Positions 18,873 to 28,941 of a stretch of 64,000 nt of DNA are shown one piece after another; within the stretch, counting starts at the first letter, position 1; each line of letters opens with the position of its first letter. This DNA comes from a virus. A model generated the notes under the pieces. That model worked only from the letters and a program-made list of their open reading frames with translations. It was not told the DNA's origin and did no database searches. Location of the stretch: the IMG/VR virus record IMGVR_UViG_3300047157_000162, positions 65,538-129,537 of that record. One strand, given 5' to 3'. The position numbers and the translations under genes are program-made.

Positions 18873-19613
18873 ATGGAAGATTTTAACAAGAGTGAGGTAT
18901 TAGAAAGACTTAGAAGCGACGAAGATTACTACGGTGACTTTGGAAAACAGTTTAGAAGTAATTCAGATATCTCGACGTTGTTAACAAATCCTCTTGCGCT
19001 AGGCGCTCCACAAAAACCAAATATTAATTTCTTGATTGGTGGTTATTTTCATACAGCAATACTTGAGCCAGAAAAGCTTAAAAAGTATAGGATAATTGAA
19101 TCAACAACTAGAAATACAAAAGCGTACAGAGAGATTTCAGGTGGAGAAATGTGTTTGTTACAACATGAAGTAGACAACCTAGAATTATTAATCGATACTA
19201 TGAACTCAAATGATGTTTGTAAAAGTTTAATAAACGGTGTCAATGTTGAATACGAACAACCTGGAATTAAAAAGATTGAAGGATTATGGTGGAAAGGTAA
19301 AGCAGATATTGTTAATCACGATGATCAATTAGTAATTGATTTGAAAACAACAGGTGATATAACTAAATTCAGAAGCTCAGCTTTCCGTTACAATTACGAC
19401 AGTCAAGCGTACATATATCGTAAGCTATTCGGTTATGACTTGGTATTTATTGCAATAGATAAAAAAACAAGACAGCTAGGTATCTTCGATTGTTCTGAAT
19501 CTTTCTATGAAAGCGGTAAGGAAAAAGTACAACAAGCAGTAGAGCAATGGAAATTGTTTTACGAAAATCCGGATTTCGATCCAAAAAATTATTTTATTAA
19601 TCAAACACTTTAA
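18873..19613 (+). CDS. RecE / exonuclease VIII-like PD-(D/E)XK nuclease
   Basis: G.YFHTAILEPE; WKGKADIV...VIDLKTT; Y.YDSQAYIY. Confidence 0.8.
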   Translation: MEDFNKSEVLERLRSDEDYYGDFGKQFRSNSDISTLLTNPLALGAPQKPNINFLIGGYFHTAILEPEKLKKYRIIESTTRNTKAYREISGGEMCLLQHEVDNLELLIDTMNSNDVCKSLINGVNVEYEQPGIKKIEGLWWKGKADIVNHDDQLVIDLKTTGDITKFRSSAFRYNYDSQAYIYRKLFGYDLVFIAIDKKTRQLGIFDCSESFYESGKEKVQQAVEQWKLFYENPDFDPKNYFINQTL

Positions 19614-19617
19614 TCAA

Positions 19618-19785
19618 ATGGCAAGAAGTAAAAAAAGAGTATGCACAGTAACAGGTATGAGAACAAATGAATCTAACTTTTACAGAAACCAAACACATGT
19701 AAAAGCAGTAGATAATCTACGGAGAACAACTGGTGCAAACAAAGAACAATTAACAAGAATGTTTAATCAATTAAATACATACTAA
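19618..19785 (+). CDS. Small basic hypothetical protein (55 aa)
   Basis: Fills the gap between the exonuclease and SSB genes. Confidence 0.6.
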   Translation: MARSKKRVCTVTGMRTNESNFYRNQTHVKAVDNLRRTTGANKEQLTRMFNQLNTY

Positions 19786-19789
19786 AATT

Positions 19790-20107
19790 ATGGCTAGCAT
19801 TATCAAAGCAAATATTAATTTAAACGAGATCCCTAAGGATAAAATATACAAAGGGAAAAAAGGATCTTATTTACCAATCACTATCACTATCAATGATGAA
19901 GTTGATCAGTTTGGTAATCAAGGCCCAGTAGTAGTAGAACAATCAAAAGAAGAGCGCGAAGCAAAAGTAGCTAAAGTTTATTTAGGTAATGTCAAAGTCG
20001 TATGGACTAATGGCGATAACGTTGCAGCAGCTCCTAGAACAGATCAACCTCAGCAAGCGGCACCTGCTCAATCGTTTGCTCCTCAAGAAGATGATCTACC
20101 GTTTTAA
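19790..20107 (+). CDS. Single-stranded DNA-binding protein-like
   Basis: Compact beta domain, Q/A/P linker, C-terminal EDDLPF. Confidence 0.75.
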   Translation: MASIIKANINLNEIPKDKIYKGKKGSYLPITITINDEVDQFGNQGPVVVEQSKEEREAKVAKVYLGNVKVVWTNGDNVAAAPRTDQPQQAAPAQSFAPQEDDLPF

Positions 20108-20214
20108 TGTATAAGAATAACGGAGAAACAGCGTGTCAAATATGTCATGCTGGTATGACTATAGAGGATTTTGAATTTTGTGACATATGTCCTCATTGTA
20201 GAGACGAAGAATAA
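20107..20214 (+). CDS. 35-aa zinc-finger-like micropeptide
   Basis: CQIC...CDICPHC; TAATG overlap with the SSB stop. Confidence 0.6.
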   Translation: MYKNNGETACQICHAGMTIEDFEFCDICPHCRDEE

Positions 20215-20235
20215 TTAAATTAAATTAAATAACCT

Positions 20236-21951
20236 ATGCAAATAGAGACTACAGAGATCAATGGATTTGCGATTGACACGTTCAATCAGCATGGTCTAGA
20301 GCAAGGGAAGAAGCAGGGTGTATGCCCTGTTTGTTCTCATACTAGAAAACCTGCGAATAAGAAAGCGAAGTGTGCTTCTTATGACTGGGAACGGGGTCTC
20401 GGTACTTGTCACAATTGTAATACATCATTTCAACTTCATACTTACAAGCGTAAGGGTAAAGCTGAAAAAGTGTATATTAAACCTGAACCTATTGTTGTTG
20501 AGCAACCAAGCACTAAGGTTGAAGAATGGTTTAAAACAAGAGGTATTTCACAACAGACTCTCATTGATTTAAAAATTAGTGAGGGTCCTGAGTGGATGCC
20601 ACAGACCGGTAAAACCGAGAATGTAATAAAGTTCAATTATTTTATGGGCGGCGAATTAACTAATGTTAAATACCGTGATGGAAGAAAGAACTTTAAATTA
20701 TATAAGGGTGCTGAGAAAGTATTTTATAATATAGATAGTATTGTAGGATATGAATATTGTGTTATAGTAGAGGGTGAAATGGATGTGTTAGCATTGCATG
20801 AAGCAGGTATTACAAACGCTATATCAGTTCCCAATGGAGCAACACTTAACTCCAATAACTTAGACTACTTAGATAGTTGTATTGATTACTTTGAAGATAA
20901 AGAAAAGATTATATTAGCTGTAGACTCTGACGAAGCTGGACAAGCATTACAAACAGAGTTAATTAGAAGGCTAGGATCTGAAGTTTGTTTTCTATCAACA
21001 TTTGAAGATTGTAAAGATGCAAATGAATACCTACAAAAATATGGAGCAGACAAACTCACAGCTAGAATTACAGGAGCAAAACCAGTACCGCTTGAAAATG
21101 TTACTACTTTCAGAGACATCGAAGATGAGATTACTGACTTTGTTAGGAATGGTTTCAAAAAAGGATTTCAAGTTGGTCTTCCAAACTTTGATGATATCTT
21201 TTCAACTTATACCGGTCAATTTATTACTGTCACTGGTATTCCTTCTTCCGGTAAAAGTGATTTTGTCGACCAAATGGTTGTCGGTTATAATGCAAACTAT
21301 GGCTGGAAAACAGCTTTCGCTTCGCCTGAGAATGTACCTACCTATCTGCACGCTCACAAATTAATGCGTAAGACTTGGCAAGGTATGCCAACAAGAGATG
21401 ATATCGGCGGCGATAAGTGGAATCAAATAGCTGATCACTGTAATAGTAATTACTTTCATATAGATATGGAACGCTACACATTAGAGTCTGTTTTAAAGAA
21501 AGCGGCTGAACTTGTTAAGCGTAAAGGTATTAAATGCTTAGTAATAGATCCTTTTAATAAGGTTAGAGATGTAGATTGTAAGACGGAAGATGTTAATAGA
21601 TACACTATGGAATACTTAAGCAAGATAGAAATCTTTGCTAAAAAGTTTGATGTACTTGTATTTATTGTAGCTCATCCTACTAAAATGTATAAAGACAAAG
21701 ACGGCAAGATTGAAGAGCCTACTATGTATAACATTAAAGGAGGTGGTGAATGGTACGATGCTTCTTATCACGGGCTATTAGTTCATAGAGATTATGAAGC
21801 TAAGACTGTTAAGTGTAAAGTTCTTAAGGTTAAGTTTCAAAACTTAGGAGAGAATGGTGCTGAAGCACATTTTAAATGGGAACCAAAGTCAGGTTGCTTT
21901 ATACCTCACGAGCCATTAGATATAGGTGGTGAAAAAATGCCCTGGGAATAA
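20236..21951 (+). CDS. T7 gp4/Twinkle-like primase-helicase
   Basis: Zn finger CPVC..CHNC; TOPRIM IVEGEMD, DSDEAG, KDANE; Walker A TGIPSSGKS; LVIDP; VAHP. Confidence 0.95.
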   Translation: MQIETTEINGFAIDTFNQHGLEQGKKQGVCPVCSHTRKPANKKAKCASYDWERGLGTCHNCNTSFQLHTYKRKGKAEKVYIKPEPIVVEQPSTKVEEWFKTRGISQQTLIDLKISEGPEWMPQTGKTENVIKFNYFMGGELTNVKYRDGRKNFKLYKGAEKVFYNIDSIVGYEYCVIVEGEMDVLALHEAGITNAISVPNGATLNSNNLDYLDSCIDYFEDKEKIILAVDSDEAGQALQTELIRRLGSEVCFLSTFEDCKDANEYLQKYGADKLTARITGAKPVPLENVTTFRDIEDEITDFVRNGFKKGFQVGLPNFDDIFSTYTGQFITVTGIPSSGKSDFVDQMVVGYNANYGWKTAFASPENVPTYLHAHKLMRKTWQGMPTRDDIGGDKWNQIADHCNSNYFHIDMERYTLESVLKKAAELVKRKGIKCLVIDPFNKVRDVDCKTEDVNRYTMEYLSKIEIFAKKFDVLVFIVAHPTKMYKDKDGKIEEPTMYNIKGGGEWYDASYHGLLVHRDYEAKTVKCKVLKVKFQNLGENGAEAHFKWEPKSGCFIPHEPLDIGGEKMPWE

Positions 21952-22206
21952 ATGGGTAGTGGTAATAAAAAGAAAGCAGTTAATATGGGTAGCCCACCTC
22001 ATAAAGAGGAACAGTGGGAAGCATATAGATGGTGCGTTAGAAATAATATATGTATATCAGCAAAAGCTAAAAACAATTCTGAATGGTATATAGATATAGT
22101 TAACAACGGTAACACCCATACAAGCCCTGAGACTTATGGTAAAAACGATATATGGACAAAAATATTTGAATACTCAAAATATTATTATGATAAACATAGA
22201 AAATGA
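21952..22206 (+). CDS. Hypothetical protein
   Basis: 84 aa. Confidence 0.65.
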   Translation: MGSGNKKKAVNMGSPPHKEEQWEAYRWCVRNNICISAKAKNNSEWYIDIVNNGNTHTSPETYGKNDIWTKIFEYSKYYYDKHRK

Positions 22207-23019
22207 ATACAAAGGATTATTATCAGAAATACTCGACAAAGGAGTGGATAAATCAGATCGAACAGGGACTGGGACGAAGTCTGTCTTCGGAAGAACGATT
22301 AGACACGATATGTCACTGGGCTTCCCTATACTCACAGGAAAGAAGATAAGTTTTAATGCAGCAAAAACGGAATTGCTTTGGATATTAAAGGTAGAACTGA
22401 TCTTAAGTATTTAGAAGATAACGGTGTTAAATACTGGAGACCGGATTATGAACGCTCAGGTAGAACAGATGAAACATTAGGTCCTGTATATGGAAAACAG
22501 TGGCGTGATTTTAACGGCGTAGATCAACTAAAAAATCTTGTGTATAGCATTATAACAAACCCTGACTCAAGACGTCTTATGGTTAGCGCATGGGCTCCAC
22601 ATGAGATGAATGATATGGTACTTCCTCCGTGTCATTATGCTTTTCAAGTTTATATTAACGACGGTGTTATGGATTTAATGTGGCAACAAAGATCCGCTGA
22701 TGTGTTTTTAGGTTTACCTTACGATATTACAATGTATGGTTTATTATTGGAAATGTTAGCTAAAGGTGCTGGTTTAAAAGCCGGTCAACTTATTGGTCAA
22801 CTCGGTGATTGTCATTTATACAATAACCATTTAGAGCAAGCAAGGGAGTATAGAAGAAGATCTAAGCGCAAGCTTCCTGAATTAGATCTTAACTCTGGTA
22901 TAAAATTAATTGAGTTTAATGACTCCTCTGAGTTATTTATACCAAATAAAGACAATATAAATCTAAAAAACTACAATCCTTATCCTGCAATCAAGGCAGA
23001 GCTGAGTGTTGGTAAATAA
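22187..23019 (+). CDS. thyA: Thymidylate synthase (frameshift near 22385)
   Basis: DRTGTGT, LGPVYGKQWR, PDSRR, LPPCH, QRSADVFLGLPY, GDCHLYNNH. Confidence 0.95.
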
Positions 23020-23026
23020 AAACAAT

Positions 23027-23824
23027 ATGACATATTATTTATACCATATTCCAGGTAAAAAAATAGGAATAACACGTAATCTTAAAGATAGAGTTACGCG
23101 GCAACAAGGTTATACCGCAGACGAATACGAAGTTCTACTTACTAGCGATGATATAGATTATATATCTGACAAGGAAATAGAACTTCAAAAGTCTTATGGG
23201 TATAAAGTCGACAGACAAAAATATAATTTTTTAACTAAAAAATCAAATCGAATGAAATTAAACCCTACAGACCAAACAACTACATTTCCAGTGCCTGTTT
23301 ATAAATTAAGAGGTAACTTAATGGATAATATAGGCTTAAAGTGGGAGACACCTCAAGGTTATAAATTTGAAATAACTAAAGAAAATATAAATTGGATATT
23401 ATTAAATGTTAAAACCTCTATGTATAACAACAATAGATGCTACATATATAATAAAGCTTTTAATAGATATCTTAATGAATCTACAGATACAACAAATTCT
23501 ACATATCCAGAAAAGTTATATTCTTATCAAGATCAATTTGAATTAATAAGAGAATGGGCTAGTGATAAAGGTATATATAGATCAGGCGATTCTAAAACTC
23601 AGTATATCAAACTAATGGAAGAAGCAGGAGAATTAGCTCAAGCTATATTAAAAAACGATGAACCTGAAGTGATCGATGCTATTGGTGATATGGTTGTAGT
23701 ATTAACTAATTTAGCTAAACTAAGAGGGCACAATATAGAAGACTGTATTAGCAGTGCTTACAACGTTATAGCTAAACGGAAAGGCGAAATGATAAACGGA
23801 ACATTTGTAAAACAAACCCTATGA
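23027..23824 (+). CDS. GIY-YIG-like N-terminus fused to a MazG-like NTP pyrophosphohydrolase
   Basis: YYLYHIPGKKIGITRNLKDRV; C-terminal QYIKLMEEAGELAQA..IDAIGDMVVVL. Confidence 0.75.
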   Translation: MTYYLYHIPGKKIGITRNLKDRVTRQQGYTADEYEVLLTSDDIDYISDKEIELQKSYGYKVDRQKYNFLTKKSNRMKLNPTDQTTTFPVPVYKLRGNLMDNIGLKWETPQGYKFEITKENINWILLNVKTSMYNNNRCYIYNKAFNRYLNESTDTTNSTYPEKLYSYQDQFELIREWASDKGIYRSGDSKTQYIKLMEEAGELAQAILKNDEPEVIDAIGDMVVVLTNLAKLRGHNIEDCISSAYNVIAKRKGEMINGTFVKQTL

Positions 23825-23946
23825 TAACAAAAACTGAAACAAGATTACAAAAAACTAAAGAACGGATTAGTAAGAAACCTATTAACAAACATCTTAGCTG
23901 GAGAAACAAAAGAGTAACTGGCTTTGATAAAAACTAAAATGATTAT

Positions 23947-24210
23947 ATGAATAAGCAAGAAATAGAATTTAGAGATCCAGTTGTTCAAAGAGTTGTACAA
24001 AAATTTGTATCAAGATCAGACATAGGCTTTGCTAAGTACGGTGTAACATTAGAACAAGATCCGTCTAAAATGTTTGAATGGTTAAATCATTTACAAGAAG
24101 AGCTTATGGATGCTGTGTTGTATTTACAAAAAGCTAAAGAAGTTTATACTACTAATCTTCAAGAAGACTTGCTAAGTGATTTAGATGTAGATTATGAAAA
24201 AATTATTTAA
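23947..24210 (+). CDS. Small all-alpha NTP pyrophosphatase-like phage protein
   Basis: G..KYGVTL...WLNHLQEELMDAVLYL. Confidence 0.55.
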   Translation: MNKQEIEFRDPVVQRVVQKFVSRSDIGFAKYGVTLEQDPSKMFEWLNHLQEELMDAVLYLQKAKEVYTTNLQEDLLSDLDVDYEKII

Positions 24211-24652
24211 AAGAAAAAGCGGAAAGCGTGGACCAGTAAGAGCAAAGAAGGTGTCATATGATGGTATCAACTTTGCTTCGGGTCTTGAGAAATATATGTA
24301 CATAGCTTTAAGAAAAGCAAAGATAAAAGCTAAGTACGAAGGAGAGACATTTGTTTTATTAAATGGTTTTCATTTTGAAAATGAAGTTTATGAGAGACAA
24401 GCTAATGGTAAAGGTGATTATAAAAATAGAGGGTGCAAACGTATTTTACCTATTAAGTATACACCTGATTTTATTGGCGAAGATTTTATAATTGAAACTA
24501 AAGGTAGAGCAAATGAATCATTTCCTATGAGATGGAAGTTGTTTAAGCAGCTTATAGTAAGGCAATTCCCAAATGTAACATTATACAAACCACAAAATCA
24601 AAAAGAATGCGACAAGACCGTAGAGTTAATCCTTTCGAAGCAAAGAGGATAG
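24194..24652 (+). CDS. T7 endonuclease I-like Holliday junction resolvase
   Basis: FASGLE, KYE, YTPDF, IIETKGR. Confidence 0.85.
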   Translation: MKKLFKRKSGKRGPVRAKKVSYDGINFASGLEKYMYIALRKAKIKAKYEGETFVLLNGFHFENEVYERQANGKGDYKNRGCKRILPIKYTPDFIGEDFIIETKGRANESFPMRWKLFKQLIVRQFPNVTLYKPQNQKECDKTVELILSKQRG

Positions 24653-25092
24653 CAAGACAAAAATACGCAGAGCGCCAGATTGACAAGTTTGTTAAATGGA
24701 GCTGGGAAGCTAAAGGCAAAGTAAGATCAATAGATATAGAACAATTACATAAAAGACATAATATAATATGTACATGAAAGAAGACGAAAACGAAACAGCG
24801 TGGGTTATAGAAATAGGGTTTTATCCTGGAGTACTATTTGGATTTAGATCTTATATAGAAGAGGATATTGCTATACACGTTTTGTATCTACCATTTTTTG
24901 ATATAGCTTTAAAAATATTCAAATAGTGGATGATAATTTAGAAAGCGTAGTGGCTGCAGTAGGCTTATTTATAGACAACGTATTGCATGATATGAAGAAT
25001 GTATCTAAGTCTACAACAAAGCCTGTTATATTGGCTCATATAGATGCCTGGAAGAACGAATTAGAAACAATAAAACAATTTACAAAAACATA

Positions 25093-26046
25093 ATGGGATT
25101 ATTTGATAAAAGAATACCTTATAAGCCTTTTGAGTACCCTGAGTATTATACTGAGGGTTGGTTAAAACAAGCTCAAGCTTTTTGGTTGCATACAGAAATA
25201 TCAATGCAAAGCGATGTTAAAGACTGGAAAGAAAAATTAAATGAAAAAGAAAAAAACTTAGTAGGTAATATACTATTAGGTTTTGCTCAAACCGAATGTG
25301 CAGTATCTGATTACTGGACGCAAAAAGTAGTTGGTTGGTTTCCTAAGCATGAGATACAACAAATGGCAATGATGTTTGGATCGCAAGAAACTATACATGC
25401 AGTTGCTTATAGCTACTTAAATGAAACTTTAAAACTAGAAGATTATGAAGCGTTTTTACACGAGCCTGCTACAGCAGAAAGATTTGATAATCTTGTATCT
25501 TATAGTGGGACTAATTCAATTGGTATTGCTAAGTCTCTCGCTGTATTTTCTGCATTTGCCGAAGGAGTTTCTTTATATTCTGCCTTTGCAGTACTTTATT
25601 CTTTTCAGCTTAGAAATTTGCTTAAAGGTATTGGGCAACAAATGAAGTGGTCAGTAAGAGATGAATCATTGCACAGTAAAATGGGTTGTACTTTATTTCG
25701 TCATATGTGCGAAGAAGACAATCAATTACTGAGCTTATGTCGAGAAGATATAATAAAAGCTGCAGAAACAATGGTTAATCTTGAAGTTAAATATATTGAC
25801 AAAATGTTTGAAATGGGTGATATAGAAGGTATATCATCTAATGATCTAAAACACTTTATAAAGAAAAGAACAAATGAAAAACTTGTGGAACTCGGTTACG
25901 TTGACCTTGGAAACTATTTCGCGTATGACGACAAAGCAGCGTCTAATCTTGATTGGTTTTACCATCTTACCGGGGGCGTCACTCATACTCGCTATTAGGC
26001 CGACTGATTATTCAAAAGCGGGAGAAAATGAAGATATATGTGGTAA
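25093..26046 (+). CDS. nrdB: Class I ribonucleotide reductase beta subunit (C-terminal indels)
   Basis: FWLHTEI, QETIHAVAYS, EGVSLYSAF, VRDESLH; the tail AIRPTDYSK lies in another frame. Confidence 0.92.
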
Positions 26047-26257
26047 TAATCTAATAAGCCAAAGAAATTTTAGAACTGAACGGACAGATTATTAGGCAAA
26101 AGGCTGCTTGGAAACGTTTAGCAACTAGAATAGGAATATGGGAGGATCGCTGCTATGACTATAGACATGTAGTAGTAATACGAGCTCTAAAAACAATGGA
26201 ATCTAGTAGCTTTAAACAAATGGGCTATTGCCTGGATAATACACTCAATAACATAAT

Positions 26258-27970
26258 GTGAATAATTGGAAAAAAGGAGAAGATTACCCTGCGTGGGGTA
26301 ATAACGACGTATACAAGAAGACAATATCCGGGGGATATTTATACGACGGAGAAACGCCTAGAGAGGCATACCAAAGAGTCGCTAAAACAGTTGCTCGTAG
26401 GTTATATAAACCAGAGATGGCTGAAACGTTTTTTAATTATATCTGGAATGGTTGGCTTTGCCTTGCTTCTCCAGTGCTTTCCAATACTGGTACAGATCGT
26501 GGTCTTCCTATTAGTTGCTTTGGTATCGATGTTGCTGACTCTATACAAGACATAGGAAGTAAAAATTTAGAGATGATGCTACTCGCTAAGCACGGCGGTG
26601 GAGTTGGTATCGGTGTAAATCAAATTAGACCCGCTGGCGCTAGAATAACAGGTAATGGAACATCAGATGGAGTCGTACCTTTCTGCAAGATATATGACTC
26701 AACAATTCTTGCAACTAATCAAGGGAGTGTCCGTCGTGGAGCTGCCTCAGTTAATATCAACATTGAACATGGCGACTTCGAGGACTGGCTTGAAATCAGG
26801 GAACCTAAAGGAGATGTTAACAGACAATCGCTTAACCTTCATCAGTGCGCAATTGTTGGTGATAAGTTTATGCGAAAGCTTGAACAAGGAGATAAAGAAG
26901 CAAGATCTAGATGGGGTAAATTACTTAGAAAACGAAAAGGAACTGGAGAACCGTATATTATGTTTAAAGGAAATGTTAACAAAGCAAATCCAGAAGCATA
27001 TAAAGAAAACGGATTAAAAGTACATATGACTAACATATGTTCAGAAATTACATTACACACAGATGAAAACCATAGTTTTGTATGTTGTTTATCATCATTA
27101 AACTTAGCAAAATATGAAGAATGGAAAGACACTAATCTTATATATGACGCCACTTTCTTTCTTGATGGAGTTATGGAGGAATTTATTCAAAGAGCCAAGG
27201 GACTTCGCGGGTTTGAAAATGCTGTTCGGTCTGCGCAGAAAGGGAGAGCATTGGGACTTGGTGTACTCGGATGGCACACCTATCTCCAAGAAAATGGTAT
27301 TCCTTTCGAAGGTTTACTATCTCAGTTTGAAACTAGGAAAATATTTTCGCAAATTAAAATTGAAAGTGAAAGAGCCTCAAGAGACTTGGCAGAAATTTAC
27401 GGCGAGCCTTTATGGTGTGTTGGGACAGGTATGCGTAATACTCATCTCCGTGCTATTGCTCCTACTGTTTCTAATAGCAAGCTTAGCGGTAATGTTTCTC
27501 CTGGTGTTGAGCCGTGGGCTGCGAATGTTTTTACAGAGCAGAGTGCAAAGGGGACTTTCATTAGGAAAAACCCGACGTTAGTTAAACTATTAAAGAAACA
27601 TAAACTAAATACAAATGAAACGTGGAATAAAATACTGGCTGACGGAGGTAGCATACAGGATATCGATGCTTTGGATAATATCACTATGGGCCATGACATT
27701 CCAGTTAAAGAAGTTTTTAAAACTTTTAAAGAGATTAATCAACTAGAATTAGTTAATCAAGCTGGTCTTAGACAACAATATGTAGATCAGTCAGTTAGTT
27801 TAAACTTAGCTTTTCCTTCTGAAGCTACACCTAAGTGGTTGAACAAAGTTCATTTTGAAGCTTGGAAGAAAGGTGTTAAAACCTTATATTATACTAGAAC
27901 AGAATCTGTTTTACGTGGTGATATAGCTCAGCAAGCTATGAATGAAGATTGTTTAGCTTGTGATGGCTAA
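26258..27970 (+). CDS. nrdA: Class I ribonucleotide reductase alpha subunit (compact, no evident ATP cone)
   Basis: ISCF, QGSVRRGA, TNICSEI, CCLSSLN, AIAPT, KTLYY, C-terminal CLACDG. Confidence 0.95.
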   Translation: MNNWKKGEDYPAWGNNDVYKKTISGGYLYDGETPREAYQRVAKTVARRLYKPEMAETFFNYIWNGWLCLASPVLSNTGTDRGLPISCFGIDVADSIQDIGSKNLEMMLLAKHGGGVGIGVNQIRPAGARITGNGTSDGVVPFCKIYDSTILATNQGSVRRGAASVNINIEHGDFEDWLEIREPKGDVNRQSLNLHQCAIVGDKFMRKLEQGDKEARSRWGKLLRKRKGTGEPYIMFKGNVNKANPEAYKENGLKVHMTNICSEITLHTDENHSFVCCLSSLNLAKYEEWKDTNLIYDATFFLDGVMEEFIQRAKGLRGFENAVRSAQKGRALGLGVLGWHTYLQENGIPFEGLLSQFETRKIFSQIKIESERASRDLAEIYGEPLWCVGTGMRNTHLRAIAPTVSNSKLSGNVSPGVEPWAANVFTEQSAKGTFIRKNPTLVKLLKKHKLNTNETWNKILADGGSIQDIDALDNITMGHDIPVKEVFKTFKEINQLELVNQAGLRQQYVDQSVSLNLAFPSEATPKWLNKVHFEAWKKGVKTLYYTRTESVLRGDIAQQAMNEDCLACDG

Positions 27971-28043
27971 AGGCTAAAAGTTATGACTTTTTTATACATA
28001 TAATAATTAATATGTATAAATAATTAAATAATCTATACATATT

Positions 28044-28076
28044 AAAAAAGGGGCCTCATTATGAGACCCCTCTTTT
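28044..28076. terminator. Intrinsic terminator at the convergence point (best on minus strand)
   Basis: AAAAAAGGGGCCTCA-TTA-TGAGACCCCTCTTTT. Confidence 0.8.
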
Positions 28077-28150
28077 ATAGGAATTGTATGGTACGCCTGA
28101 TAATCTTTTCTATTATAGGAATTGCAGGTATGGTACGCCTGATAATCTTT
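28077..28150. repeat. Tandem duplication of a ~32-36-bp element
   Basis: ATAGGAATTG..TATGGTACGCCTGATAATCTTT twice; the second copy has a 4-nt insertion. Confidence 0.85.
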
Positions 28151-28164
28151 ACTCCTATTTACTT

Positions 28165-28434
28165 TTATTTATTTCTTTTTATATTGGATGCTCTTTTACC
28201 CATTCCAACTCTTTTCTTTTCAGCTACAGCTTTTTTCTTTTCAGCTGAAGACATTTCACTCCAAGTCTTAACAGTTTCACCGCTAATCCTTTTACTAGGT
28301 CTACACTTCTTAGTGTTTTTATTTTTAGTAGATCCACAAGGGTTACCTTTTTCGTCAGTCCATTTTTCTTTAAACCAACGCTTAAGGTTTGCACCTTCTT
28401 TTGTTTTTCTAACAAACAACGGTGACTGTCTCAT
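28165..28434 (-). CDS. Small basic late protein
   Basis: MRQSPLF.. LKRWFKEKW..CG..CRPSKRIS. Confidence 0.75.
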   Translation of the reverse strand: MRQSPLFVRKTKEGANLKRWFKEKWTDEKGNPCGSTKNKNTKKCRPSKRISGETVKTWSEMSSAEKKKAVAEKKRVGMGKRASNIKRNK

Positions 28435-28571
28435 TATTTTTTACCTTTATTTTTTCTACACTTAGCTATTGCTCCACTTGCATACGCTGAAGGAAATACT
28501 TTGTATTGCTTCTTTACCTTATGGTAACATGCGTCTTTTAATTGGAATGGTGATCCTTTTGTTAGTTTCAT
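28434..28571 (-). CDS. Small basic late protein (45 aa)
   Basis: MKLTKGSPFQLKDACYHKVKKQYKVFPSAYASGAIAKCRK. Confidence 0.7.
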   Translation of the reverse strand: MKLTKGSPFQLKDACYHKVKKQYKVFPSAYASGAIAKCRKNKGKK

Positions 28572-28581
28572 AATTTTATTT

Positions 28582-28941
28582 TTAATAAGTCCATAATACG
28601 TTTTGTGCTTTATCTTTATCTATATCAGCGTGAATAAAAGTCTTAGCAATGCCAATTCTTTTAAATCCAACTTCTCTTAATATACCTTCTAATTTAAATC
28701 TGTCAGTAGAATTATTACATGCAATATCAACTGCTAAACCTTTTGTATGAGATGATTCAGGAGTGCCACCTACTTTAGCGTTATGTTTTACAGTTCTGTA
28801 ACCTGAGTTAATAACAATAGATTTACCGTATTTTTTTCTAACAACATCAAGCATGTTAAGTAATTCTTCATTCATTAATTGACCACTACCTTGAACATCT
28901 GGTGAATCAAACTCTTCGTATGTAAAGTATTTTAGTTTCAT
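28582..28941 (-). CDS. Peptidase M15 family endolysin
   Basis: INSGYR..HN.KVGG...SSHTKGLAVDI...FIHAD. Confidence 0.88.
   Translation of the reverse strand: MKLKYFTYEEFDSPDVQGSGQLMNEELLNMLDVVRKKYGKSIVINSGYRTVKHNAKVGGTPESSHTKGLAVDIACNNSTDRFKLEGILREVGFKRIGIAKTFIHADIDKDKAQNVLWTY

Noticed and set aside
26047-26257. Possible intron or homing element between nrdB and nrdA
   Set aside because: Short and garbled with no intron or endonuclease motifs; probably an error-rich small ORF.
28061-28465. 134-aa plus-strand ORF
   Set aside because: Antisense shadow of real minus-strand genes; it crosses the terminator.
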